Numbered from the stretch's first letter, positions 50,601 to 58,758 are shown. The stretch is 64,000 bases of DNA from an uncultured virus (IMG/VR IMGVR_UViG_3300027719_000270) (IMGVR_UViG_3300027719_000270); one strand, 5' to 3'. Notes: generated from the sequence alone by a model not told the origin. Made by a program: numbers and translations.

Positions 50601-51010
50601 GTTTTATTACTTGTCACCCACAGCATGTAAATGGTAAATTTGCTGGTATACCTGGAAACGAAGTTTTTGCTTATGGAGATAATTCAACCCGTTCAAATTT
50701 GGCAGGACTAATATCTATTGACGTGAGAGTGATTGAAAGGATGCTTGCATATATTTCGGGAGACAAAAGTTTTGGAGACATGTACGACGAAGAAATTGAA
50801 AGGGCAACGAAGCATGGTAATGAGATGTGCGCAAGCCATTGTTGTATAAATATTACTATACGGACTACTGTGATTCCATTATCGCAGTTTCGCAATCCGG
50901 AATATAAAGACGGCGCTGAAAAGGCGTTAATTGACCGTTATAAGGATGGAACTAATATTGTAAAAAAGAGAACCTGCACATCTGAAACATGGGAAAATAA
51001 ACAAAATTAA
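44684..51010 (+). CDS. Rhs/YD-repeat polymorphic toxin with N-terminal Sec-type signal peptide
   Basis: 'YEYDAWG', 'NPLRYSGRY', 'LYYYAFRHYSP..KRWLSRDPIEEEGGLNLYGF.NNDPINYFDSLGL' core; ATG 44684. Confidence 0.93.
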   Translation: MKKELRFLLAIYVAIFCLVGFNVGYACCMPCNTPIAQATFNPSVDVLALPLGNAPEGEKLGDISIREDDCDIEKITEIGSITVFVDDDIFEKYSQRGQMRGQKKTYGGRYTFNSEGGWFESPQLRVEARPLGSDLPLYANGYLVKGYTKYIGIDDSTLWSDDLSNKNKLIYTIRVIGGYKLDLECDEYISENEKSNGAMYVVDIEKTDYDKGIARTNKYRIYQYCGETNVDGSKVWYYEWDGTKTAICEKKLSQISVKNNSAQDVNFDIVTRTLIKGNNYRKWDIIRYKLFDNVGSNKSYNNGKNKKFELNLDSYKCVDIKTHDVFGKILDNGQLVKKSEESLEMNLAQGLDERGSALTLRYKKNRDGSLEIYERDSQDSSKINKIYRLRDSSVIKEEKASFTLDDLADLAVEVEENIYDNITGEMSAQSKKYGILKKKTDLKGKSGRGITSKNYELSEAKELSRREIHISKNNKAGGSTRKVSKNIDSSGNAPIVVIESAEATNSNGSSLISSVNSGQSIITSESYTYAYLNHNNFVLASRNYFDPDYANPPILTSNNENPNYVYLKISGGENWDDIAEIVLPWGQTIGVEGIELLNNISTLECIVLGTEGIDMTDNTGKVIYRCKYIFVDGSFQLMEWEYYSYTHPSLGGQLAGTYKSNGLYSKAKYDSDWLMGIISATIDYGFLGEVTQTYIVSGLGKRYFYEGSATEYGTIYSTGKWERAGNDWDVGCGCDGYGSSEGNGPRKYTYYSFPYAGGLSGSPITKPPFENEGSTITHGEYIVVQNIDPTTSNNFWPETRWEKSIDIYGVTKEKINKIGFYDGKNQVIEVRPGFSYSNPYSTTIRDGYYYEASGNGVYYSKGYRDNSFEKKELGYADSGRVYSVKYNESYQKLYESTPDSYVTYSYDSEGGLSDVYKYDARYPEKASKYSLIKYVMDAEHNVISQSGALYSTGADSQSGSLSSAGVDSQSNNIYSDDDEVIDSYNAPVYNISYEMNDSALWKVLSAPTPEPLSGESNSNAGVRKIKLTGYGVPVFNDYHVFYEEINTFNGIETTISEQLNKSLKMRQVIESKKNLETSEVIRNVTTYVSGKEVNFISKRILSDLSETFISGYTIEYNNLGDISAVYYGPSKTNYYYVDNFEYYPKTAAINVFIPGTTLVVGGQVVVINEDTNPIYGKGRLKAVIRSGRYSSVKKGVKYDYIPNNQKNAGMLASETYLIDFENYTGKTVNYTYDDKGSLINSQGFDVAPVSFEYNEFGDTVKMQLASSETHWEYDDQTGKLLSKTDGVGNSRSWTLKDESASYATFTDERGIVTTQTSLPGNKTQVIKDGYSTTVYEKDINDNYLNVSVDKVGAGVSLWAYTYDYSSASNMPTEETYPDSYKLTREFDKFGNVSKVKVLNQLGESIYEVDYTYSMDGSMANLVAEGKQISYQYQNGYKTEMLCLLDNNSNLEIEFGYDGLSRLVSMGSDSTRKVVYSTDSLDKIRSTTYYEIGSLQYKWDYAYSWDSPQSTSTGLVGAYKSYPPEYPTSWNVTHTNEDGQNTSLSYGFHKFASIGGNIVSVVADNQNVASLQFTSDNANRLTSLNYSVGHGGLPIHGWAADNASLKAFIDGIELDSSQLITRANRGGKEFMFAVKPAQVPLYAKLKVEATLAEGGVDGADAKSLRLGSKYIAPCAESITSDAAGNIIGDARWAYTWDEENRIVKIETAPSAQAAGIPWQRFEYEYDWNGLKVRSKEYSLGEDNEAVLIKESRHIYDNYNQIMEITKYFDGVTPEAVKKFYYGADLLGSLYATGGTGGLVMTSFDGVKAYVLSDIRGSVDSLYAASDGALLGHYEYDAWGDITDIVQNEGFDNAPLNTYIIDNPLRYSGRYHEVAPNLYYYAFRHYSPVLKRWLSRDPIEEEGGLNLYGFLNNDPINYFDSLGLEKCIDGKRECVIDLYIAHGSDQKNLEKLDYKPFRRAKSDQEGKIKGTYAQGFITCHPQHVNGKFAGIPGNEVFAYGDNSTRSNLAGLISIDVRVIERMLAYISGDKSFGDMYDEEIERATKHGNEMCASHCCINITIRTTVIPLSQFRNPEYKDGAEKALIDRYKDGTNIVKKRTCTSETWENKQN

Positions 51011-51022
51011 TAGGTAATAATT

Positions 51023-51856
51023 ATGTTAAAAAAAACAAAAATAATTATAAGCACGATATTGGGGATATTAGTTATATTTATATTATGGATGTTCATATTT
51101 GGAAGCATAGTTCTTACTCCTCCTAAATATATAGGCAGGTTTGAGGTTGTTTATAATATGAGCGGCAAGGATTTTTCTTTTTTACCCGTATATGCGGATG
51201 GACCCTATGAACTTCAAGGCTTAATAAATGCAAGCATGGTCAGAGCCTTGTACTCCAAGAATGTGTCCATCTTTAAAAAAGCAGAAAGTTTTACAAGTTG
51301 TTGCCGGAGTTTATTTTTTAAAGACGATGCGGATAATGTGTATATTTTTTCACTTCCTTATATTACGCCGCATCCATTTGATTATAAGGAGGATGAATTA
51401 GAAAAAATTATTTTTTTTCATCGGGATTGGGGGGACGCATTTGAATTGAGTCAAACGGATTCTTATTATACCGCGTTTTTGGGAAAAAATCCAAAATCTT
51501 TTGAAATGCCGATTTCTTACATATCCGTTTTGGCGCCCGACATGAAAATTTACATTTTAAAGGCAAATATTAAAGATCTAAACGCCTTTTTTAGAGATCC
51601 CGATTGGTTTGATAAAGTTAAGGCAGATCAACCCCCGGTGCGTTTTGGGTTTCCGTGCAGCCCTATTCTGCAACTGACACCTGAAGAGGTTAAAAAAATT
51701 AAGGCCGCTTACCCTGATGAAAACTTTGACTGGCTTTCAAATATCGAGCCGCCGGATGATAAGCGACCCGAAATTTTGTTAAAGAAATACGAAGACTTAA
51801 AGAAGCATGCGGAAGGCACTCCATATCTGGAGAAGCTTAACTTTCAGAAAGATTAG
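51023..51856 (+). CDS. Putative Rhs immunity protein (N-terminal membrane anchor)
   Basis: Starts 12 nt after the Rhs stop; hydrophobic N-terminus. Confidence 0.6.
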   Translation: MLKKTKIIISTILGILVIFILWMFIFGSIVLTPPKYIGRFEVVYNMSGKDFSFLPVYADGPYELQGLINASMVRALYSKNVSIFKKAESFTSCCRSLFFKDDADNVYIFSLPYITPHPFDYKEDELEKIIFFHRDWGDAFELSQTDSYYTAFLGKNPKSFEMPISYISVLAPDMKIYILKANIKDLNAFFRDPDWFDKVKADQPPVRFGFPCSPILQLTPEEVKKIKAAYPDENFDWLSNIEPPDDKRPEILLKKYEDLKKHAEGTPYLEKLNFQKD

Positions 51857-51933
51857 CCGCAATTTGAAAATAAAGACTTTCCTGAAATCTTGATGTATGC
51901 GGAGTGAGCGTATTTTTGTTTGTGCAAGTTTTC

Positions 51934-52332
51934 TTAAGTGCGCTTTATAATAAATAGAGCTGCAAGTAATATAAAATTTTTCATTACTCCGCTGAAGTGT
52001 GCCCCGAGGGAGCTTTCGCCAAAGCAACCGCAAGAAATATCAAAGCCGCGAAGGCGGGCGGAGAGGATGGCGAGTATAAAGATTAACGTTAACGCCATAA
52101 GGATTAAGGCGGAGGGCTTGGCAATGCCTTTAAAAAAGAGGCTTATGCCCAACAATACTTCAAGAGGCGGCAATGTATAGGCTGCGATAAAGGCAAAGCC
52201 TTGCGGCAAGATTTGGTAGGCGAGTATGCTTTTATAAAAGTCATCAGGGCGTAAAATCTTAACTATGCCCGCATAAATAAAAACGGCCGCAACAATAATT
52301 TTTAAGACTGTAACAAAAAACTTCATAATCAT
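51934..52332 (-). CDS. MauE/DoxX-family membrane protein
   Basis: 'FIYAGIVKI..P..F...I.AY', 'LEVLLG', 'GFDISCGCFG'. Confidence 0.9.
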   Translation of the reverse strand: MIMKFFVTVLKIIVAAVFIYAGIVKILRPDDFYKSILAYQILPQGFAFIAAYTLPPLEVLLGISLFFKGIAKPSALILMALTLIFILAILSARLRGFDISCGCFGESSLGAHFSGVMKNFILLAALFIIKRT

Positions 52333-52757
52333 TTTAGCTTTCGCCAATCGTCCTTAAACACCAGCACGTTTTTTAAGCCGCATTCTTCTTTGAGGCGCGC
52401 GGCAATCATGCGCGAGGTATCGCACATGGCGGAGTCGCAAAAGACAATCAGGGTGGTTTCAGTCGTCCAAACGTCGAGCACTTTGCCCAAATCATCGTCG
52501 AAATTTTCAGGCGCAAGTATTATTGCGCCTTTAATCGGGGTTTTTGCATCGCTTCCGCCCCTTGCGTCTATGAGCAGGTATTTAAAGCTTATAGGGCGGC
52601 TTTTGATATAGTCTGCCGTCACTTCATCTTCAGCCAAGCCAAACTGCGCCTTGTGCGGGTTAATAAAATAATTAAAAGCGCCGAATATTGCGCTTAAGGC
52701 TAAAACGCCCGCAGTATATTTTAAGAAATTCTTAGGCAGTTTAAACAAGGGCTTCAT
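52329..52757 (-). CDS. Rhodanese-like domain membrane-anchored protein
   Basis: 'LLIDAR', 'IKGAI', 'IVFCDSAMCDTS', N-terminal TM. Confidence 0.8.
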   Translation of the reverse strand: MKPLFKLPKNFLKYTAGVLALSAIFGAFNYFINPHKAQFGLAEDEVTADYIKSRPISFKYLLIDARGGSDAKTPIKGAIILAPENFDDDLGKVLDVWTTETTLIVFCDSAMCDTSRMIAARLKEECGLKNVLVFKDDWRKLK

Positions 52758-52761
52758 CGGT

Positions 52762-53409
52762 TTATCTTATCATTGCGTGCACCGTAAAGTTTTTGCTTGT
52801 GCCGCTTGGGGTCTTATAGCTTATTTTGATTTCAGCCCTACCAGGTTTTGCACCAACTTCGGGGATAACTTTAAGCTCATAATCATTCGGTTTTTTGCCT
52901 TCAAGAAGCTCTAGCTTGACATTCTGATAATGGGTATTTGCGGTAAAGTCCGACAGCTTAGAGTCATAATTTGAATGTATGCGTATGAGCTGCCCTTTGG
53001 TATCTTTACTGCCCGCAAAAATTACCTTGGGGTAAATGCGCAGATACTCTTGCACCAAAAATTTGAGTGTTAAAACATAGGGTTTATCATTTCCCGCAAC
53101 TTTAACGACAATCTGCTTATGTTGCGCACCCGGCATGCCTTCCGTGGCAAAATCCCCGCTCAATTTGCCGACTTCGCCCGCAGAATAGCTTGTCTTGTCT
53201 GTCTTAATGTCCTTAAGGCAGGTACAACTTGGGGTTATTGAGGCAATGTCAAGCTTCCCTTCTCCGGTTACTTTGAAGGGGAATTCAAATGCGCTTTTTT
53301 CTACTTCAGGCGCAACCGTTCTTGAGATTTCTGCGGCATCAAACTCAATCTGCGCCGCAAATACATAAAGCGGCAATGAAGCGAAAAGTGAAAATAAAAG
53401 TTTTTTCAT
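52762..53409 (-). CDS. DUF1573 (Ig-like) exported protein
   Basis: 'FPFKVTG...I.SI.PSCTCL...AGEVGKL'; signal peptide from ATG 53409. Confidence 0.75.
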   Translation of the reverse strand: MKKLLFSLFASLPLYVFAAQIEFDAAEISRTVAPEVEKSAFEFPFKVTGEGKLDIASITPSCTCLKDIKTDKTSYSAGEVGKLSGDFATEGMPGAQHKQIVVKVAGNDKPYVLTLKFLVQEYLRIYPKVIFAGSKDTKGQLIRIHSNYDSKLSDFTANTHYQNVKLELLEGKKPNDYELKVIPEVGAKPGRAEIKISYKTPSGTSKNFTVHAMIR

Positions 53410-53479
53410 CTGAATATGATAGTACAATTTAAGGACAATCGTCAATATTCTAAAGGGGAATATTCTTTTGCTCGTTGAT

Positions 53480-53615
53480 TGTCGGCATGGATTAAACGAG
53501 CGGAAAGTTTGAAATACTGCGATATGCCTTTAAGTGCCTTTAAATAAAGCGACCGCGCCAGTCCCATCGAATTAACTTTGAAACAGAGACAATAGGGTTG
53601 TTTTAAAGTTTGAAA
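53480..53615. repeat. Putative transposable-phage end with transposase-binding repeats
   Basis: TG at 53480; AAAGTTTGAAA at 53504 and 53605, AACTTTGAAAC at 53574. Confidence 0.5.
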
Positions 53616-53862
53616 AGGGTTGAGATGAAGGTCTGACGGTTGGAAATTTTTACGCGGCCGCAGCTCTGCGTGATTGCGGCAGAAGCACGCAGAATGTTTT
53701 AAAAGGATTTATCCTTAATTTTATAAAGACCATTGCTCCACCATCGCGGCGGCCATACCAGGAAAAAACTTACTGCGCACCCTGCGGCGCTCATCCGGTT
53801 TTATGTTTATTGCTATTAGGTTTAGAACCTTTTAAACCTCTACCCCAATCTCTGTTTTCGTC

Positions 53863-54054
53863 TTAATGTAAGCCTAATATGCCGAGCATAAATGAAAATA
53901 GAAATGCGGCAATTAAACAGACGGCCGTCACGGCGATTGATAAAAGTCCGTATCCCCAGCGCAAACTCAAAAAATAGAAAGTCGCGCAAAAAAACATGAT
54001 TCCGGCGCATATAAGCATCAGGTATATTAATATAGTTAAGACTGTTTGGTTCAT
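53863..54054 (-). CDS. Small two-TM membrane protein
   Basis: 63 aa, highly hydrophobic. Confidence 0.5.
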   Translation of the reverse strand: MNQTVLTILIYLMLICAGIMFFCATFYFLSLRWGYGLLSIAVTAVCLIAAFLFSFMLGILGLH

Positions 54055-54056
54055 GC

Positions 54057-54434
54057 TTAGCCTTTTTTCGGGGTGTGTATTCCATCGTCGCTTGATTTAA
54101 ACGGGAATTCGGGATGAACGGTAAATTCGACAAGTGCGAGGTTTGCAATATCCACCAAATGTTCTCGGTTATGCGTTTTGATGTAGGCTTGCAGGCGCTC
54201 TTCTATGGATTTTACATTATCGTATGGGTGGCGACCTATCTGGTCTTTGAGGGGCCCGTATCTAAAATACCCCATTGCCAGCCGATTGCGCATTTTTTGC
54301 TCAAATTCGTGATTCCACTGCTCTTGATAAATTTCGGACAAAGTTTTAAATACACCTTTGGGTGTCTTAAAAATCCCCGCCTTGAACAAAAGCCGCGCGC
54401 GCAAAATATCGTGGGTACTATTCATAATAGTCAA
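54057..54434 (-). CDS. Phage hypothetical protein, possibly all-alpha NTP-pyrophosphatase-like
   Basis: 'RLAMGYFRYG', 'EHLVDIANLALVE'. Confidence 0.4.
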   Translation of the reverse strand: MTIMNSTHDILRARLLFKAGIFKTPKGVFKTLSEIYQEQWNHEFEQKMRNRLAMGYFRYGPLKDQIGRHPYDNVKSIEERLQAYIKTHNREHLVDIANLALVEFTVHPEFPFKSSDDGIHTPKKG

Positions 54435-54787
54435 GAAGCGAGCTCCTTTTTTCTATTAAAATTAGAGGTTTTAAGAGATTCGCATATTTCATTTAGACCC
54501 GCGCACAAGTCCCAGATATAGCCAACACATGCCGCAACTACGACACCTGCTATGTCCGATTTACACCCCCTTAGTATTAGTTCTTTGCCATCTTCGCGTT
54601 GTATTAGGACTCTACCCAAGAAATTGTCTTTTTTCTTCTTCGGCTTATAAAAAAACTGAATTTGTAGATCAATTTCCATTAAGTTATCCAATAACACAAC
54701 GCATTCTTCATCCGAGATTTCTTCGATCGTGCTTTTTATACCATAATTGCGTAAGTGGTATTTAATAATTGCTTCCGCTGTATCCAT
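54431..54787 (-). CDS. Hypothetical protein
   Basis: Translationally coupled ORF in the operon. Confidence 0.5.
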   Translation of the reverse strand: MDTAEAIIKYHLRNYGIKSTIEEISDEECVVLLDNLMEIDLQIQFFYKPKKKKDNFLGRVLIQREDGKELILRGCKSDIAGVVVAACVGYIWDLCAGLNEICESLKTSNFNRKKELAS

Positions 54788-55593
54788 TACCCTTTAACGC
54801 TTTCTTCAAACCCGTCAGGCATAACTATGCCGTCAGACATGACGAGCAGTTCGCTTTTTGACGGACGGTCTTGATAGTTTGTGCCGGCGCTGTATTTTAT
54901 AGGTATTACAACGCTGCGCATACCTTTGAATATCTTTTGACAGACATCGGAATTGTCGCATGAAAGCAGCCACTGCCCTTTGAGCAGCTTAAGACGCTTG
55001 CAAACGCGCGTCATGTCATACTCGCTAAATGCGTCGTAAATGCCGGAATCTCCAGTGCAATAAGGCGGATCCAGATAGATAAAAGCGGTATCCTTGTCAA
55101 AAAACGAAACAACTTCTTCCCAGTCTTTTGATTCTATGTAAGAATTTGCAAGGCGGTTTTTAAGTTCGCAAATCAGCGGTATGTGGCGCTCGCGATTAAA
55201 GCCCCTGAAGCTTTTTTTATCGCGGCCGTAATGGGTACCGAAGCCGCTGAAAGAGCTCACCTTTAAAAGATACCAGCGCGCGGCTCTTTGAAGCTCAGTA
55301 TGCCCCGGATTGTTGACTAGCCGCTCAAAAGTTTCGCGGCTGTGCAGATAGCCTTCAAGCTCGTTCAAAAGCGAATTGTAATGATACTGGACATAGCGGT
55401 AAAAACTGGCAACTTCATCGTTAATGTCGTTTACGACTTCAACCTTAACGGGTTCTTTATTCATAAAGACCGCCAAGCCGCCCGCAAAGGGTTCTATGTA
55501 AGTGTCGTGCCTCGGGATAAGCGGCAGGATATGCTTAAGCAGTCTGCGCTTGCCGCCAACATACGGGAATGGATGTTCTATAATTTTGCTCAT
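54787..55593 (-). CDS. DNA adenine methyltransferase (Dam/D12 class)
   Basis: 'YVGGKRRL', 'YIEPFAGG', 'EVVNDIN', 'YLDPPY'. Confidence 0.93.
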   Translation of the reverse strand: MSKIIEHPFPYVGGKRRLLKHILPLIPRHDTYIEPFAGGLAVFMNKEPVKVEVVNDINDEVASFYRYVQYHYNSLLNELEGYLHSRETFERLVNNPGHTELQRAARWYLLKVSSFSGFGTHYGRDKKSFRGFNRERHIPLICELKNRLANSYIESKDWEEVVSFFDKDTAFIYLDPPYCTGDSGIYDAFSEYDMTRVCKRLKLLKGQWLLSCDNSDVCQKIFKGMRSVVIPIKYSAGTNYQDRPSKSELLVMSDGIVMPDGFEESVKG

Positions 55594-57143
55594 TTAGATA
55601 CCCCGTTGATAATGTTGGCATTCAAGACGTCCTGAATAAGCATGGTAATTTCTGCGTTGTTCATGCCCGCGCAGATTTTGCTTACCCGCGCTTCAAAATC
55701 TGCGGGGCCGTTTGAAAGCCGCAGCGCGCGCGCAATATCATCATATACCTTTTGATAGGCCTTGCCGAGCGCGGCTGCGCCTGCCTGCGCAATTTTTGCA
55801 TTTGCCGATATGGGATCATCGCGGCCGGGTATGTCTGCCGCAAATGGAGTCATGCCGCCCGGCACAACCTGCGCAATCGGGCGGCGTTCAAGTCGCAAAT
55901 TGAGCCGCTGGCTTAAAACTTCAATGCCATCATCGGCGACCTGTAAGCCCGCATTCGCCAGCGCGGTAAGCAATACGCCTGTACCCGTCATATCTGCCTC
56001 GGCCTCGCCGCCTATTATTATTTTAGGCACCGAGCCTTTGATACCGTTTATTTGCAAAAAGGGTTCTACGAGTTGGTCGCGGATTGTTGCCGCCAACATC
56101 ACGCAGTCAAATAGGCGGATGTCGTCGCGGACGGAATCTTGCGACTGCGCCTGTCCGCTGTTCATGCCGGTAGGTTGCGCCTCCGCGCTTAAACTGCCGC
56201 CGAGTATGAGCTTTGATTTTTCACGTTTGCAGATGGATAAAAACTTTTCATACCCGTCGCCGTTCATGCCCTGGGCGGCGTTTTGAATCTCAACCTGTGT
56301 GTCTGCGGTTATCGCAAGGCCGAAGAGGCGCGTGGCCATGGCAAACGCGGTTTGCAGTACCGCGCGGCTCTCGTCATCGCCCGCCTGGTACTTGCCGACC
56401 AAAAACGGCATGCCGTAACGCTCAAGCCACTGCGCCCACCACGTGAAGCCCATTGCGCCAAAGAGCCACCAGAAAAGCAAACAGCGCATAGGGCCGCCCC
56501 AGTTGTCGGGCGAACTTAGAATATGATTGCGGTGTATTATAAAACTCGTTGGGTTTGCCTCAAAACCGGTCGTCTGTTTGCGTCCACAATCGTCGGTTTC
56601 AAATATACCGACCGTGCCCTCTTTTAAATTTATCAACCTATGCGCGACGGGATACAAACCCTTGAGCTCATAGCTTAAGCCCGGCTTTGAGCTTGGCTTA
56701 TAGACCTTTTCTACTATGGAGAGCGGATACAAAATTGAATCCATCATGTGCGATAAAACGCGCACCCTATTTTTAATGCCGTCGAGCATGTCTTGCGCGA
56801 CCTTGGCCGCCGCAACATCGTCCGGATTATCCGCATCGGCCGGTTGCGCGGTGATTACTTCGCAAAGCGTGCCGAGCTTGCGCTTTGCAAATTCCGCCTG
56901 CATGTGCGAATCTGCCGACAAAACATCGCGATAAAGGTCCCAAAGGTCAGAACATTCTCCCGCTTCTGCGGAGCTTAAAATACTGTGCAGGCGCTCGGGC
57001 GTCATGTTTGAGGCTATGTATGAGCCTTCTGCGGCAGGCCATGCGCTACCCCTGACTATGCGCTGCGTGGGCAGGTCGCCGAACAGTACCGCGCGGATGC
57101 GTTCGACGATTGAAAGTTTAACAACATTTTTAATTTGCTTCAT
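55590..57143 (-). CDS. Portal protein, Mu gp29/DUF935 family
   Basis: 'LHSILSSAEAG', 'DSHMQAEFAKRK', 'WAQWLERYGMPFLVGKY', 'SKLILGGSLS'. Confidence 0.9.
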   Translation of the reverse strand: MKQIKNVVKLSIVERIRAVLFGDLPTQRIVRGSAWPAAEGSYIASNMTPERLHSILSSAEAGECSDLWDLYRDVLSADSHMQAEFAKRKLGTLCEVITAQPADADNPDDVAAAKVAQDMLDGIKNRVRVLSHMMDSILYPLSIVEKVYKPSSKPGLSYELKGLYPVAHRLINLKEGTVGIFETDDCGRKQTTGFEANPTSFIIHRNHILSSPDNWGGPMRCLLFWWLFGAMGFTWWAQWLERYGMPFLVGKYQAGDDESRAVLQTAFAMATRLFGLAITADTQVEIQNAAQGMNGDGYEKFLSICKREKSKLILGGSLSAEAQPTGMNSGQAQSQDSVRDDIRLFDCVMLAATIRDQLVEPFLQINGIKGSVPKIIIGGEAEADMTGTGVLLTALANAGLQVADDGIEVLSQRLNLRLERRPIAQVVPGGMTPFAADIPGRDDPISANAKIAQAGAAALGKAYQKVYDDIARALRLSNGPADFEARVSKICAGMNNAEITMLIQDVLNANIINGVSK

Positions 57144-57841
57144 ATATATAACCTGTTGCCGCTTTTTTTAATATAGGGATTTTTTATGCCCGGACGGACC
57201 GACGCCTCTTGCGTTCCTACAGAAAAATTATCCGCATGAGCCGCTAGCGACATTGAATTGACCGCATGGTATGCCAGTTTGTCAGCGTCAAAGCCGTCTG
57301 CGTGATTGCCGTTTTCATCGACGTCGGCCGCAAAAGTGCCTTTTGTGCGATAGACTTGGCGGGTATCGTCCTTAATCCAACGCTCGTTCGCGGTGGCGAT
57401 TTTACCGTCGGCATAGGCGTTGCAAAGGCGGTTGCCGAGATAGGCCTTGTAATTAAGCCTTTCGCCCATGTGCTCTATTGCGGAGCTTGAGTCTATAAGC
57501 TCCGTGGCTATGCCGCACCCCCTAAGCCGCCGCTTAAGCGCCACCGCAAAAAACTTTTCGGATGTGGCGTCAATACATAGCTTGCGGATTTTGAGGCCGT
57601 GCGGCAGATTGCCTTGAATGTGGGTTAGAATTCGATACGCGACGTCGGGATCATCGCTTTTAAAGCGCAGCTTCAACCTGAAATAGTTTATATCGTTGCA
57701 AACCTGATTAATGGTAATCGCCGACGGGTTGCTTTTATTGTTTGTGGTTGTTGCGACGTCAAAGCCGGCACCTATGCGCTTAAAGCGCGGGTCAAAAAGC
57801 CCCTGCCAGCCTTGCGGGAAAAGTTCCGTAAAATGAATCAT
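57140..57841 (-). CDS. Terminase large subunit, C-terminal nuclease domain as a separate ORF
   Basis: 'GAGFDVA', 'LCIDAT', 'GNHADGFDA.KLA'; ATG 57841 overlaps the upstream stop. Confidence 0.75.
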   Translation of the reverse strand: MIHFTELFPQGWQGLFDPRFKRIGAGFDVATTTNNKSNPSAITINQVCNDINYFRLKLRFKSDDPDVAYRILTHIQGNLPHGLKIRKLCIDATSEKFFAVALKRRLRGCGIATELIDSSSAIEHMGERLNYKAYLGNRLCNAYADGKIATANERWIKDDTRQVYRTKGTFAADVDENGNHADGFDADKLAYHAVNSMSLAAHADNFSVGTQEASVRPGIKNPYIKKSGNRLYI

Positions 57842-58758
57842 AGGAAAACCCTTTCCGACGTTGAGAACGCCGCGCAATCGGTTTTGCCAATCTCCATTGC
57901 GCGCGCAAGGTCTGCCAAGCTTACCGCAGCGGTACCGCCCTGAATAAACTGCACGGCGTGATTGCGATCCCACGCCACCTTGTCAAAGGCCAAAGCGCGA
58001 TGTTCGTCGGGCGTAATAGGCGCGCGGGTTTTGGGGTGGTAATAGTTGACGTTTGCAAGTTGCCCGTCCCACGCATCAACGCGGTGTACGTCTATATTGC
58101 TCGGGCTTAAATACCAGTTGCCGCGCGCGCTGTGTTTCCATTCGCGTGAGGGCGCTTGGAACATTTCAAAAGAATAATGTTTGTCATCCGGCGGCGGGGT
58201 CGTCGCCATGAGCAGCTCAAATTTTGGATTACTTTCTATTATAGGAATGACTGCTTCAAATACGTCCTTCAGGTTTTCTATGCGGCCTACTTCGTCCATG
58301 TAGACGTCTCCCGTCCATCCGACGGCCGTGGCGGGGTTTGGGGCTACCACGCGCGTGCGTGAGAAATTTGTGCGCGAATGGTAAACTTTTGCCTCAAGCT
58401 TATTGTGTTCAAAAAGGTCTGCAATTGCATCTATGTCCAAAAGCGCGCCGTCCGAAGCGTCGGCGGATGTGACAAGCTTGTAATCGCGCTCGCCGCAGGC
58501 GGATCTGAATTGATTTATGACCGTGCGCCATACTTCGGCCTCTTTAAGTAGGAGCTCGCCGCCGAGAAGTACCGACGCCGATGCGAATATTACTAGATGG
58601 TTTGGTTGATCCATCATGCGTCTCATTGCTCGGCAGGCGAGCGTAAAGGATTTGCCCTTTTGCCTTGCCCATAAAAGGAAGAACATGCGCAGCTCGCACC
58701 AGAAGGCTTCTTGCTGATACGGCCGTAAATTTACCCAGGCTTTTTGCGCGCTACTCAT
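57838..58758 (-). CDS. Terminase large subunit, N-terminal ATPase domain
   Basis: 'LRPYQ', 'WARQKGKSFT', 'PNPATAVGWTGDVYMDE', 'ATTP'. Confidence 0.85.
   Translation of the reverse strand: MSSAQKAWVNLRPYQQEAFWCELRMFFLLWARQKGKSFTLACRAMRRMMDQPNHLVIFASASVLLGGELLLKEAEVWRTVINQFRSACGERDYKLVTSADASDGALLDIDAIADLFEHNKLEAKVYHSRTNFSRTRVVAPNPATAVGWTGDVYMDEVGRIENLKDVFEAVIPIIESNPKFELLMATTPPPDDKHYSFEMFQAPSREWKHSARGNWYLSPSNIDVHRVDAWDGQLANVNYYHPKTRAPITPDEHRALAFDKVAWDRNHAVQFIQGGTAAVSLADLARAMEIGKTDCAAFSTSERVFL

Noticed and set aside
44633..51010. Rhs as a T6SS effector
   Set aside because: No PAAR motif and no vgrG, hcp or eagR nearby; the N-terminus looks like a Sec signal.
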